Origin: Malacoraja senta
Lineage: Eukaryota
Direction: 5' to 3'
DNA length: 64,000 nt
NCBI GenBank assembly: GCA_038087875.1
Contig: CM075999.1
Coordinates: forward strand, 1,242,001 to 1,306,000
Shown: piece by piece, positions 25,274-39,414 of the stretch
Position numbering within the stretch: the stretch's first letter is position 1
Layout of the letters: every line of letters begins with the position of its first letter
The notes under the pieces: model-generated
Seen by the model: only the letters and a program-made list of their open reading frames with translations
What the model was told of the DNA's origin: nothing
Databases searched by the model: none
Translations under genes and position numbers: made by a program

Positions 25274-25698
25274 CGTTCTTTTGTCTGCCCGAGCGTTGTT
25301 CACCACCCAGCAGAGTGAGATGTCCGTCAGGGAATGTTGCCGACTGGCCCGCTGCAGACTGCAGGAGTACGTGCTGAGGGACGCACTGAAGCTCGGTGCA
25401 TCCAACGCCAAGGCTCGGTGGGGGAGGGCCACAGTCTAGGGTCCTTCCGCTGCTGAACATGGGGGGCACGGTATGGTGGAGACGCCCCTCAAAATAAGGG
25501 AAGGTATCCCACGCCAGGGGGCCCGGGTGGGGGACAGATGAGTGGCACGGGTGGGGGACAGATTTGTGAAATTTGAGAAATGTCTATAGACTGTATTGAA
25601 CAATTTGTATAGCCTCCGAGAATGTCAGATGAATGTTTCGCACGGTTCATGTATTGTATATATTTATTACCTGAAGAAAGTCTATTTTGAAATAAAAA
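25274..25698 (+). mobile_element. Tx1-like (L1 clade) LINE 3' end
   Basis: SARALFTTQQSEMSVRECCRLARCRLQEYVLRDALKLGASNAKARWGRATV*, then AATAAAAAA. 18-bp TSD ATTCCTTCTATCTAGAGA (25256-25273, 25699-25716). Confidence 0.85.
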
Positions 25699-26814
25699 AT
25701 TCCTTCTATCTAGAGATGCTGCCTGTTACTCCAGCATTTTGTATCTACCTTCATGATGTGTTCCACAGCACCTCACAAAGTGAACGTCATCTCGGGGACC
25801 ATTCAATAGATTAGATTCTGCTAAGTACATTTATTGAGGCAAGGGATTGAAGAATTTAATATGGGTTATTGGCAATGCTTCTGAGCTGGATCATACACCA
25901 TCTGTTCTGCCGGGTCACACGCATTTTGTTGGCATTCAGATGCCTGCGTTTCTTATTTCATATTTGCATACTGTATTCCAATGAATTTTTACCTCTGGTT
26001 TCTAGTGTAAGAACACTTTGTGCTTACCATCAATTTGTAACGGATCCCCTGGACCTGACTTTCAACCAAGGTTTGCCAATGCTCGTCACCTCCTGGGATT
26101 AGATTGTGTTGCAGACGAACTGACGGGGAGAGATCAGAACACATACCTGGCAAATGTCCAGACCTGACTTGCCCTTCACGATTCATAAAAAATAACCAGG
26201 GCTCCGGAACTTTGTAGGGTCACTGAAGGTCCCTGAGGCTCGCACTGCAAGCATACACCAGACCTTTGGAAGGTGTGCATGTGCTAATTGATATTGGATT
26301 CTCGGTCAGTTCAGTGCAAGAGTATTAGGGAGTAACCCTCGATTAAGGTACCCCACAACTACTAAGATGCTAGATGACAAAGCAGACGTACAGTATCTTG
26401 GTCCATCATTGTCTAACAATTCCTATGATGCTACCAGCAAAAATCAATCTGAAAACCACCCTAATGATACGATACGGTATGATAGAACTTTATTTATCTC
26501 AAGAGAGTCATGAAACACGACAATATCCATGAATCATGAAATTAAAGTGATGAGTGGAAAGTCCAGGATTTGGGATGTGCAAAGATTGGGGGGTGGGGGG
26601 GAGAGGTGGCATAGGGGGGGGGGAGGTGGCGTGAGGTGGAGGGGAGTCAACGTACCCCACGACAGAAGGGGGAGGAGTTGTACAGTTTGATGCCAAAGTG
26701 AAAAAGGATCTCATATGGCGTTCTGTGCATGTCTGCTGGGATGGCTCATTCTAAACCCACAACCTCAACCAGTTGGGGAGACGAGGGAAACAAAAGCATG
26801 GGAATGCCATCACC

Positions 26815-27010
26815 ATTGGTGACCCTCGGACTATCCTTGATCGGACTTTGCTGGCATTAACTTGCACTGAACGTTATTCCCTTATCATGTATCCATACAC
26901 TGTGAATGGCTCGATTGTTATCATGTTCTGTCTTTCCGCTGACTGGTTAGCACGCAACGAAAGTTTTTCACTGTACCTCGGTACACGTGACAATAAACTA
27001 AACTGAACTG
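26815..27010 (+). mobile_element. Recurrent LINE-type 3' UTR repeat (Rex/Babar-like tail)
   Basis: CTCGGACTAT..GATCGGACTTT...CACTGTACCTCGGTACACGTGACAATAAACTAAAC. Related copies near 11240-11620, 15330-15500, 44875-45060 and 52450-52950 (-). Confidence 0.75.
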
Positions 27011-27935
27011 ATTATACTAGGTGTCTATTGTAGCTGACACATCACTGTATATTTCTGATTGCGCTACCTTGCACCAACTGTGAACATGAAGTGGGGAGGG
27101 TAATCTGGAACTTCCCTGCACTACAGCTCCATCTTGGCGGTGAAAGAAGCCTGTATTGACCGTGTGGGATTGCTGTCTTTCTCAACAAGTTAAGAGCGTC
27201 CCTTCGTCTTTTTAATGATCCATGGATATGGGCACGGCCGGCAAAGACACCATTGAATGTTCATCCCAAATTGCCCCGAGAGTCTGATGGTGTGACTAAT
27301 AGATGAACAGCTTTAATCATTACCTAACAACATGACAGGAAGGGCAAAGCCAGTTCACCACACGGACCAGGCTCCCCACCTCCGACACCCTGAAACAGCG
27401 AGAAATTGTCCTCTAAGCCACACACTGATTTGGAACCATCCTGATTTGAAAAAATATTGCTGTTGCTTCACCGTCACTCGGGCAAAATCTCCCGAACCGC
27501 GTTGTTGGAATACTCACATCCTCAAGGACTACAGCGTTGCGAGGACTACAGCTCACCGACCCCTTGTGAAGGACAATTAGGGATGTGCAATTAAATGCTG
27601 GCAAAGCCACGTCCCTTTGATGAATTCAAGAAGACTCATGCTGGTGTACAAATCTTAATTACAAATGAATTCTCTCAAAACTTCTGCAGAACATCTCAGA
27701 TACATTTATACTTATTACAGTCGGATTATTTGATATACTAATTTTAATCACACAATATGACATCTGAATCCGTCGCTCTTCATTGCACAACCACCCGTTT
27801 TAAAAAAAGACCTGCTCTCCAGATCTTTAATTAAATAAGAACTTACTTCCAAATCCCAGAGATTCGTGTCAACAACTGAAAGGCAAGGAGCTCAGACGGA
27901 AACAGTCACTTGCGAGAAAGAGCAGTGGTCCTTGG

Positions 27936-27949
27936 GTAGCCATGGAAAC
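27936..27949. promoter_or_regulatory. Candidate RFX X-box
   Basis: GTAGCCATGGAAAC, close to the GTTGCCATGGCAAC consensus, in non-repetitive DNA. Splice donors point away on both sides (27846 minus, 28066 plus). Confidence 0.45.
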
Positions 27950-28254
27950 ATGCTCCGTCTTAAAGAATCATTATGTCAATAGGCTGCACCGAGGGAGTTG
28001 GAGAGAAAATTGGTGAGAAGAAAATCATTATGAATGCATTGTGACTGCCAGGTGCGAACCTACAGGTATGTGAGTGGCCAGCAAATCTATATTCACCTGA
28101 GCAGAAGAGATTTGCTGGAACATCAGGAATTCATTATTGTCATGGCATTGTGCAATTCCTTTCACTCGACAATCTCTGGAGATGGAGAAACAAAAACCTG
28201 GCTCCCAAAACCCATCAGCAAAATTGTTCTGCTCCTGTGTCTGTCTGCTGTGTA

Positions 28255-28930
28255 AAGTGGCGCAGCGGTAGAGAACCCGTCTTACAGCGCCAGAGATGGC
28301 GACCATGGGTACTGTCTGCATCGAGTTTGTACTCGCTGGAGTTTAGGATGAGGAGCACCCTCATTAAATTTTACCGAATAGTGAAAGGCCTGGATAGAAT
28401 GGATGTGGAGAGGATGTTTCCACTAGAGGGAGACTCTAGAACTAGAGGGTGTAGTCTCAGAATAAAAAGACTTACCTTTAGAAAGGAGATGAAGAGGAAT
28501 TTCTTTAGTCAGAGAGTGGTGAATCTGGGGAATTCATTGCCACAGACAGCTGTGGAGACCATCATTGGGTATTTTTAAGGCGGTGATTGACAGATACTTG
28601 CTTGGTAAGGGTCTCAAGGATTATGGGGAGAAAGCAGGAGAAAGGGGGTGAACGGGAAAGATAGATCAGCCATTATTGAATGGCGGAATAGACTTGATGG
28701 GCCAAATGGCCTACTTCTGCTCCTTTGACTTAAGAACTATCTGTGACCACGTGGGTTTTCTCCAGGTGCTCCGGTTTCCTCCTTCATTCCAAAGTCATGC
28801 AGGTTTGAGGGTTAATTAGGTTTGGTATAATTGTCCTTTGGGTGTAGGATTAGAACTAATGATCATTGTTCGGTGCAGACTCAGTGGGCTGAAGAGCCTA
28901 TTTCCACACTATATATTTAAACTAAACTAA
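28255..28930 (+). mobile_element. HE1-type SINE interrupted by a CR1 fragment (~28325-28740)
   Basis: SINE head to GAGTTTGTAC, then CR1 LYSLEFRMRSTLIKFYRIVKGLDRMDVERMFP, then SINE resumes at CTGTGACCACG. Confidence 0.85.
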
Positions 28931-29499
28931 CCTGGTAGACACTGTTGTTAAAATTAAAAGATGTGATCTTATCCAGTTACTTGGAGCTCAAACTTAGCTT
29001 AAGAGAAACCATGTTATGTTGCCACATCTGAGTCGACAGTCAGATACTGGTGGACACAAAATGCTGGAGTAACTATCCATACCGCACTTAATCTGTGGTG
29101 ACGTTACTTGAATAAGATGCATGTTGCCTTAATTCTCTGGAGGATATATAAATCGAGTTTCACTGTACCTTAATTGATACGTGTGACAATAAACATACCT
29201 TGACCTTGAAATGAAAAATGTGTCCTTTTCATGAGAGAGGGAGAAGACAAGAGAGAGAGGTCAGTCATGGGAGCCATGACTAAAACATAGTGTAAACGCT
29301 GACTGCTCCTGAAACACACTTCTTAATACAGTCATGTTCAAACAAAGGGTTGGCTACTCTTCAGAACTCAGAACGAGTTTGACGAAAGCCAAGAGAAAGA
29401 TGCAAACAGTGAGCAACGCCAGACATGACAAGTAGTCCAACCAGGATCGCTTAATCAAATACTGAAATGTTGCAATGAAAGGGCTGGAACAACAGCACA

Positions 29500-29775
29500 G
29501 AGCCCTCGTGGCACCAACAACCCAGGTTCGATCCTGACCTCGGCGTCTGTCTGTATGGAGTTTGCATGTTCTCCCTGCGACTGGGTTTTCTCCGTTTCTT
29601 CCAATTTCCTCTCACATCCCAAAGACGTACAGGTTTGTAGGATAATTGACTACGGTAAAATCGTAAATTATCCCTAGAATGTAGGATAATGTTAGTGTAC
29701 ATGGTCATCGCTGGTCGGCGTGGATTTGGCGAGCTGAAGGGCCTGTTTTCACGCTGTATCTCTAAAGTCTAAAGA
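29500..29775 (+). mobile_element. HE1-type SINE
   Basis: B-box GGTTCGATCC, V-domain and tail. Confidence 0.85.
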
Positions 29776-30328
29776 TTGTCACTAAATTTCACTAAATCAC
29801 AGATGATAGTTCCATTTACCTATTTGGATTCCATAACTTTCAACACTTGTTTTACACAAAACCTTTCATTCTCAGTTATGATTTAACCCTTAATTTAAAC
29901 AGTTTCTATTGGAAGAGAGTTCTGGACCTCTGCCATATTTCCTTTGATAAAGTCCTATAGCTGTTATGTTAACGTTTTGCAGTTTCTTAATCAATGAAGT
30001 TGATCCTATCACATTTATCTTCAGTATCGATTTACTTTAAGTGTTTAAAACTGTAGTTTTATGCTCTGCAGACTATCCTATGATTCAAATCTCAGAAGTT
30101 GCTATTCAACACTCAGTATTTTGAGATTCCTCTCCCAGTGCAGTTGTGGTCATTGAATCTCCACGAAAAAAACGTGTTCAATCCACGATAATGTGTCAAC
30201 AGAACTTGTGGAGAAAGTCAAGAACATCGAACAGCGCAGCACTGGAACAGTCCCTTCGGCCCACAATGTCTGTGCCAAACATCATGCCATGTCCAACTCT
30301 TATCTGCCTGCACATAATCCATAACCCT

Positions 30329-30752
30329 CTTAGGCCCCCTTCGGTCATGGCTGACCATGGGTGTCTCCAGGGTGCTATTCCCCATATGGAGGATGCCTGT
30401 GCGTGACTTTGTTTAACGTGGGGAGACTGGTGCACAGACAGCCACCCCACGGTCCTTAACAGATCTGGGTCAGGATCCAGTGGCATGGAGTCCTAGATGA
30501 CCGGAGACCCTTTTGTGCTGCAGCCTTCATCCGCCTTCCCAGCCGTTGTGACGCTCCACTATGGTCAGCCATCGTTCTCCGCCTGTTCCACCGTTGAGGT
30601 CTTGGTTGGATTGCTCTTTGTCAGGGACCTGCCCCTCGACCTTACTGCCATGGGTGGCCCTACCAGGAGCACAGCTCCAGACGGCATCGCTCTCAGGATC
30701 TCAGGTCCACACAAGCTTCTCCACCACGCCAAGGTGACAATCCACGGAGAAT
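30329..30752 (-). mobile_element. Non-autonomous RTE-clade (BovB/Expander-like) bipartite element
   Basis: Minus 5' end TGTCACCTTGGCGTGGTGGAG...GCGATGCCG...GGTAGGGCCACCCATGGC resembles RTE 5' UTRs. Only ~420 bp with no RT. Interrupts a CR1-like tail. Confidence 0.65.
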
Positions 30753-31409
30753 TCCCTGCATATCCAGGTGCCCATTCAAAAGCCACTTAAATGTCAATAG
30801 ACTAGCTTTTTATGTCTATCTTCGGTTTAAGCCAGCATCTGCAGTTCCTTCTTACACATTATACTGATACAGGATAAAGGGTATAATGTTTAGTGCAAGA
30901 TAAAGTCCAGTAAAGTCGGATTAAAGATAGTTCGAAGGTCTCCAATGAAGTATTGTATCTTATTTGTGCTGCTGCAAGTAAGTCTGAAGAAGGGTCTCGA
31001 CCTGAAACGTCACCCATTCCTTCGTCCAGAGTTGCTGCCTGTCCCGCTGAGTTACTCCAGCATTTTGTGTCTATCCAAGAATTTCATTGTTCCATTTCGG
31101 GACATATGTTAATAAAACTCTCTTGTATCATGTGGTATCTACCTCCACCCCTACCCCCAGCAGTGCATTGAAGGCACCTACCACCTTCTGTATAAAATAA
31201 GTTGCCGCATACATCACTTTTAAACTTTGGTCCTCTCATCTTGAAGCTACGCCCCCATAATATTTGATACTTCCATCCTGGGAAAAAAGGGTTCTGACTC
31301 TCTACTCTATCTGTTCCTCTCATAATTCTCCATACTTCTATCAGGTCTCCCCTCAACCTTTACGTAGCATAGGGTTTTTATACATTTTGGATACTGGCAA
31401 AATACACCG

Positions 31410-31700
31410 AGGTGGCGCGGCGGTAGATTTGCTGCCTTACAGCGCCAGAGACCCGGGTTCAATCCTGACCACAGGCGCTGTCTGTACCGAGTTTGTTCGT
31501 TCTCCCCGTGACCTGCGTGGGTTTTCCCCGGTTGCTCCGTTTTCCTCCCACACTCCAAAGACGTACAGGCTAATTGGCTTGGTAAAAATTATAAATTGTC
31601 CCCAGTGTGTGTAGGATAGCGTTAGTGTGCGAGGATCGCTGGTCGGTGCAGACTCGGTGGGCCGAAGGGCCTGTTTCTGCTCTGTATCTCTAAACTAAAT
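31410..31700 (+). mobile_element. HE1-type SINE, near full length
   Basis: A/B-box-like head, V-domain and tail. Confidence 0.9.
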
Positions 31701-31827
31701 GAATAATCTATGCCCTATGATATTTGATATATCCGGACGGTCTACTCTGTCTGTGCCTCTCATAATCCCCTCAATCTTTGCATAGCATCCTGTTTAAACA
31801 TTTTGGACACTGACAAAATACGACACA

Positions 31828-32697
31828 GTCAAGTCAAGTCAAGTGAGTTTATTGTCATGTGTCCCTGGTAGGACAATGAAATTCTTGCTTTGCTTGAGCA
31901 CAACAGAACATAGTGGGCATTTACTACAAGGCATTCTATAAATATATACACAATGGTCAATATACTGATAAAGTGCAAATAACAGTATTGGCTAGTAAAG
32001 TTCAGTGTTATGTCCGAGCCAGGTTTAATAGCCTGATGGCTGTGGAGAAGTAGCTGTTCCTGAACCTGGTCATTGCAGTCTTCAGGCTCCTGTACCTTCT
32101 ACCTGAAGGTAGTAGGGAGATGAGTGTGTGGCCAGGATGGTGTGGGTCCTTGATGATGCTGCCAGCCTTTTTGAGGCAGCGACTGTGGTAGATCCCCTCG
32201 ATGGATGGAAGGTCAGAGCTAAATCCTGGGCGTGCACATCTCTTGAAGATCTTTTCCTGGTCCGAGGAACAATGATGCCATATTAAGAAAGCACGAGGTC
32301 AGCTGCTCTCTACTGTGCCTGGAGAAAGTTACGGAGAGAAGTTAGAGAGAGTCCTCCTTGACAAACCGACTCTCCGTAATCTTCTCAGGAAGTAGAGGCG
32401 CTGATGTGCTTTCTTAATAATGGCATCATTGTTCTCGGACCAGGAAAGATCTTCAGAGATGTGCACGCCCAGGAATTTGAAGCTCTTGACCCTTTCAACC
32501 ATCGACCCGTTGAAATAAACGGGACTGTGGGTCCCCATCCTACTCCTTCCAAAGTCCACAATCAGTTCCTTGGTTTTGCTAGTGTTGAGGGCCAGGTTGT
32601 TGTGCTGGCACCATATGGACAGTTGCTGGATCTCTCTTCTATACTCCGACTCATCCCCATCAGTGATACGTCCCACAACAGTGGTGTCATCAGCGAA
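31828..32697 (-). mobile_element. Rex1/Babar-like LINE 3' fragment
   Basis: ORF 32329-32676 GDESEYRREI..WCQHNNLALNTSKTKELIVDF..FKFLGVHISEDLSW..KAHQRLYFLRRL. (CTTGA)n tail. Confidence 0.95.
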
Positions 32698-33834
32698 TAC
32701 CCAGTGTGACAGTCAGCAATACATTAAGCCAGAACAATCTTCCTTTCCTTAGGCTGAGATATAGACACAGCATGGCCCAGTTTGTTACCTAGTATATAAA
32801 ATAACTGTTTCACAGTTGTTATGCTCAACAGCTTCCCCTGTTTCCATTGCAATATTGAGCTGAATTAAATACTCTTGATACGTCTTCAAATCTGACAGCA
32901 ACCCTCTGGAAATTTCCACCTTTATTACATTACTACATTCATATTGAATCCGTACAGAAGTCATTTATTTGTTTTGCCAAGGGCCTATTCAATAACCGGC
33001 AATGCAATTTTGTATTGAACACATGATATTTAAAATGTAGTTTCAGATTTTTAAAAGTTGCTTATTTTACAATATTCCTATTGATCCAGCATAGAAGAAT
33101 TGGTGAGCAGATGGACTGAACATATTCTCACCAAATATACTTAGCAGCATAAATGGTTTTCCAGTGTGCTCCTCTCTATTTAATTTCCCTTTTCTCCACA
33201 GGGGTATGGACTTAAACTGGAGCCAAGAACGTGAGCTGTCTTATGAGGTCTTGCCAAAAAGAACTGTCTTTCAACTGCACTTTCAAACCCAGTTTTAATT
33301 TTTTTTTTAAGTGTTGGAGATACAGCACACGGGCCCTTCGGACCACCGGGTCCGCACCAACCAGCGATCCCTGCACATTAACACTATCCTCGAAAATGTC
33401 TTATTTACAAGGCATTGCATTTCCGAAGAAGGCTCTCGCAGTAAGAACATCTCACGAGGGTGAATTAGGAACATAAATATTCGGCAGTTATCTGAGGTTT
33501 AGCATTGAGGTTTAGCTGCACAAGCTATTCTCCACCATGGCTGAAGAACCTTGTTTTTATGCATAATTTAGTTGGTACGATTATTGTGCGATTGTAAGAC
33601 AAATGTCAAATGGAAGAGAAGATTACAAACTCTGTCCCAGAATAATACCTTATTCAACGCTGTGCATAAACAAAGGCAGATTTTTATGCAGCCATATGTG
33701 CAGTTTGCATTAATAATAACAGAGTTTGCAAGATGTAGAATTGTATATTTATGTTTCTCTACTCCCTCCTGAATGGTGAGACCCGAGGTGCCCTCGGATT
33801 ACACTACAATGGAAGCAGCTAGTTTGGGCAGTGA

Positions 33835-34080
33835 AGGACACACAGAGGCAGAGAGACAGACACAGAGATAAAGAGCGAGACACAGAAAGGCAGAGACACA
33901 GAGACAGAGAGAGACACACAGAAATGGAGAGAGACGCACAGAGACAGAGGGATAGAGACAGGGTGAGAGACACACACACAGGAACAGAGAAAGTCAACAG
34001 AGGCAGAGAGAAAGGCAGAAAGAAGGAGCGAGATAGAGAGAGAGACACGCGCATACACACACACAGATAGCGACAGGGAG
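33835..34080. repeat. Degenerate (GA/CA)n low-complexity repeat
   Basis: GAGACA/GAGA/CACA mosaic. Confidence 0.9.
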
Positions 34081-34460
34081 AGGTTTCTACAAGCTACCCT
34101 GATTACAGGAGAAGCTGCCTAATCAATTACTTCCCTAGCTATCAAATGTCCGCAGGATGACAAACACCCCAGCCATAAACTTCCTCCCCAAAGAAGATCC
34201 TACTTTGCTCAATCCCCTCCCTCCCTGTTCTGCAAAAAGTAGTGAACACTGCCCAGTTCATCACGGGTACTGACCTCCCCACTATTGAAGGGATTTACAG
34301 GAGTCGCTGCCTCATCAAGGCAGCCAGCATCTTCAGAGTTCCACACCACCCCTGGCCGCACTCACGTTTCACTCCAGCCATTGGGAACAAGATATAGGAC
34401 CCAGAAAACGATATCATCCAGGTTCAGGAACATCATCTTCCCTACAGCCATTAGTCTATT

Positions 34461-35030
34461 AAGTAAGTAAGTAAGTAAGTAGGTTTATTGGCCAAGTATT
34501 CACATACAAGGAATTTGCCTTGGTGCTCCGCCCACAAGTAACAACATGACATACAGTGACAGTTACGAATGACTCAGAAAACACTAAACATTAATAATAA
34601 TAAAACATTAATGATAAAACACCATTGATCAAGCATGTGAACCAACAAAAAAACAGATCAAAGGGAGGCTACAGATTTTTGGCTGTTGAGTAGAGCTACT
34701 ACTCGTGGATAAAATCTGTTTTTATGTCTGGCTGTGGTGGCTTTGACAATCCGGAGTCGCCTTCCAGAGGGAAGTGATTCAAAGAGTTTGTGGCCAGGGT
34801 GAGAGGGGTCAGAGATGATCTTGCCCGCTCGCTTCCTGGCCCTTGCAGTGTACAGTTCATCAATGGAGGGAAGGTTGCAGCCAATAACCTTCTCAGCTGA
34901 TCAGACGATTCGCTGCAGCCTCCAGGTGTCGTGCTTGGGGGCTGAGCCAAACCAGACCATAATGGAGAAGGTGAGGACAGACTCTACGATGCCCATGTAG
35001 ATTTGGACCATCATTGCCTGTGGCAGATCG
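34461..35030 (-). mobile_element. Rex/Babar-like LINE 3' fragment with (TTAC)n tail
   Basis: (AAGT)n at 34461-34480. Minus frame gives IVWFGSAPKHDTWRLQRIV.SAEKVIG and DPSHPGHKLFESLPSGRR. Confidence 0.85.
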
Positions 35031-35188
35031 TCTGCTTGCAGTGTAGCTGCTGTTGCTGGCACTGACGATGGCGGCCACGGTGTACTGCTCTTCCTTAAAC
35101 TCCAAATAAACTTCGAACTACATCAACCTGGGGGCATTGGTTTTGTCTTTTTGCACTATTATTGTTTGCATGTCTTTGTATATCTTGG

Positions 35189-35850
<662 letters not shown>

Positions 35851-36856
35851 GGTGTCTGTATTTCCTTCCCAAAGAATATCCTACTTCACTCAATCCCCTC
35901 CTTCCCTGTTCTGCAAAAAGTGGTGAAATCTAACCCAGTTATCCGTATATACAGTAGATGTATATATTATATTTGTTTATTTATTTTACATTTATTATAT
36001 TGTTTACAGAGTACTATGTTTACTTATTCTGTTGTGCTGCTGTAAGTAAGAATTTCATTGTTCCATTTGTTTCTTATGACATTAAACACTCTTGGCTCCT
36101 GACGTCTCCTCATGGGTTTCTCAGAAATACCAGGCTGCTTGTCATTCATGACACTGGCAAATAAATCCAAGATATATCTTGCAATTCATTTCTAACCAGC
36201 TCCTGGGGATCTTCCTACCAGTTCCTCTTCCCGTCACATAAGTCGAGTCCAGACAACACATTTTTGCAGGCACCTTATCAGCGATTCACAAAGCACGCAT
36301 TTGGACTGTATGCCTCTATTTACAAAGCCTTTTAAAATTGTCCGATCATCTTGGAAGACTTGTGCATTCCTTAATAAACAATGGACCAAGCAATAATTCC
36401 CTGGGTCAGTTTTGTTCTCTGTTATCAAATACTCTACAAGTCTCCTGCACTCTATATATTCCGAAGATAGACACAAAAAGCTGGAGTAACTCAACGGGAC
36501 AGGCAGCATCTCTGGACAGAAGAGATGAGTGACGTTTCGGGTCGAGACCCTTCAGACTCTATTAATTCCTCTTTGCTCTATCTATTGGGTTTGAGTTTGA
36601 ACTGACTGAATCTACGTTTAGTTTAGTTTTAGTTTAGAGATACAGCATGGAAACAGGCCCTTCAGCCCAGCGAGTCCACGCCAACTGAGTCCACGCCAAC
36701 CATAGATCGCCCGTTCGCACAAGTTCTCTGTTATCCCACTTTCTCATCCACTCCCTACACACTAGGAGCAATTTGGCACAGGCCAATTATCCCACAAACC
36801 TGCACGTCTCTGGGATGTGGAAAGGAACCGGAGCACCTGGAGGAAACCCACGTGGT

Positions 36857-37879
<1,023 letters not shown>

Positions 37880-38214
37880 CACGTGGTCACGGTGGAAACA
37901 TTCAAACTCACACAAACAGCACCACCCGAGGTCAGGATTGAACCTGGGTCCCTGGCGCTGTGATTGAGGCAGCAGCTCCAACAGCTGCATTACTGTGCGG
38001 GATGGTACATCTTATTTGTTTGAATAGGATTTAATGTTTCATGAATTTTGTGTTTTTTATGACTGTTGGCAGATAAATTTTCCCTCCTGGGATAAATAAA
38101 GTTCTATCGTATCGTATTGTATCTTATGCAAAACATAGCTTTTCACTGTACCTCGGTATGTGTGTGAGTAATAAATCTAAATCTTGGTTGAATGCTTTTA
38201 GGGTTGTGTTTAAT

Positions 38215-38632
38215 CAAGTTCAAGTTCAAGTTCAAGTGAGTTTATTGTCATGTGACCCTGATAGGACAAAGAAAATTCTTGCTTTGCTTCAGCACAACAG
38301 AACATAGTAGGCATTGACTACAAGGCATTCTATAATATATACACACATGAATCAATATACTGATAAAGTGCAAATAACAGTATTGGCTAATAGAGTTCAA
38401 TGTTATGTCCGAGCCAGGTTTAATAGCCTGATGGCTGTGGGGAAGTAGCTATTCCTGAACCTGGTCGTTGCAGTCTTCAGGCTCCTGTACCTTCTACCTG
38501 AAGGTAGTAGGGAGATGAGTGTGTGGCCAGGATGGTGTGGGTCCTTGATGATACTGCCAGCCTTTTTGAGGCAGCGACTGTGATAGATCACCTCGATGGA
38601 AGGGAGGTCAGAGCCGATGATGGACTGGGCAT
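38215..38632 (-). mobile_element. Rex/Babar-like LINE 3' end (same family as 31828-32220)
   Basis: IYHSRCLKKAGSIIKDPHHPGHTLISLLPSGRRYRSLK..RFRNSYFPTAIRLLN. Confidence 0.9.
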
Positions 38633-38827
38633 CTGGGCTAATGCGATGTGGCTAATTCCACCTTTGCTTTTAAGCTACATGTTTCCGTCCTGTGGTTATA
38701 TATTCAAGGAGAAAGGAAATAAGATTGGACAGAACTGGGTTGTTCAGTGAAAGGTACATGGGAAAAGCATGTTGACTTCATGTGTGCTGTGCTGTGCTGT
38801 GCCTGTGCCTGTGCCTGTCAGTCCGTG

Positions 38828-39090
38828 TACAAGATGGCGGTCGGAGGGGAGAGTGGACGCTGGCGCGAATTGGTCGCCGCTGCTCTCTCCTCAAATTGTG
38901 TTTCTTATTTTTTTTGGTGCTTTTGAAATTGAATTCTGTCCTTGATTTGTGTACTGTGGTGTTTTTTTATTTAATTTATTCCGATTATGTGGTTTTTTTT
39001 GTTTTGTTGTGATTCTATGCATTGTAAGGTGTCCTTGGGTTTTAGAAAGGCGCCAGTAAATAAAATGATTATTATTATTATTATTATTAT
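38828..39090 (+). mobile_element. Short non-autonomous element with L2-like tail
   Basis: Head GGGGAGAGTGGACGCTGGC..GCTGCTCTC.CCTCAAAT shared with 48825-49070 (minus). Tail GAAAGGCGCC..AAATAAAAT(TAT)n. Confidence 0.65.
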
Positions 39091-39171
39091 GTGCTCTTCA
39101 TGAATGGTTTGTAAGAAATGAAATCATATACTTTCGTTGTGTTTCACGAGAGTTGAATTGAAATGGAAATG

Positions 39172-39366
39172 TACCGATCATCAGCAGCCTGCGTGTGTGG
39201 AGCAGACCAGCAAACAGCGCAGCAGCACGTCATTTTCGACTGCGCTGTCCTCCGCCCCCCTGGTGGAGGGGTAGACCTCACGGCCCTCAACAATAGCACA
39301 TTGAACTGGCTACAGTGCCTGGATGGCGTTACATAACCTCTGCTGCCTCAAAAGCAAGAAGAAGAA
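39172..39366 (+). mobile_element. Vingi/Ingi-like LINE 3' end
   Basis: SAACVCGADQQTAQ/HVIFDC (CCHC knuckle, frameshifted)...TLNWL, then (GAA)n tail. Confidence 0.7.
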
Positions 39367-39414
39367 TGTTTGCTTCTTTCAGCTCTCTCTCAAATCATAA
39401 TCAAATATTTTAGT

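Larger units (their letters stand above)
24355..25745 (+). mobile_element. Older Penelope-like 3' fragment carrying two nested insertions
   Basis: AKHFNSPSHSHTDLSVLGLLHC..EQHLMFR motif at 24400-24560. Its 3' UTR resumes at ~25147-25273 and again at 25700-25745. Confidence 0.85.
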
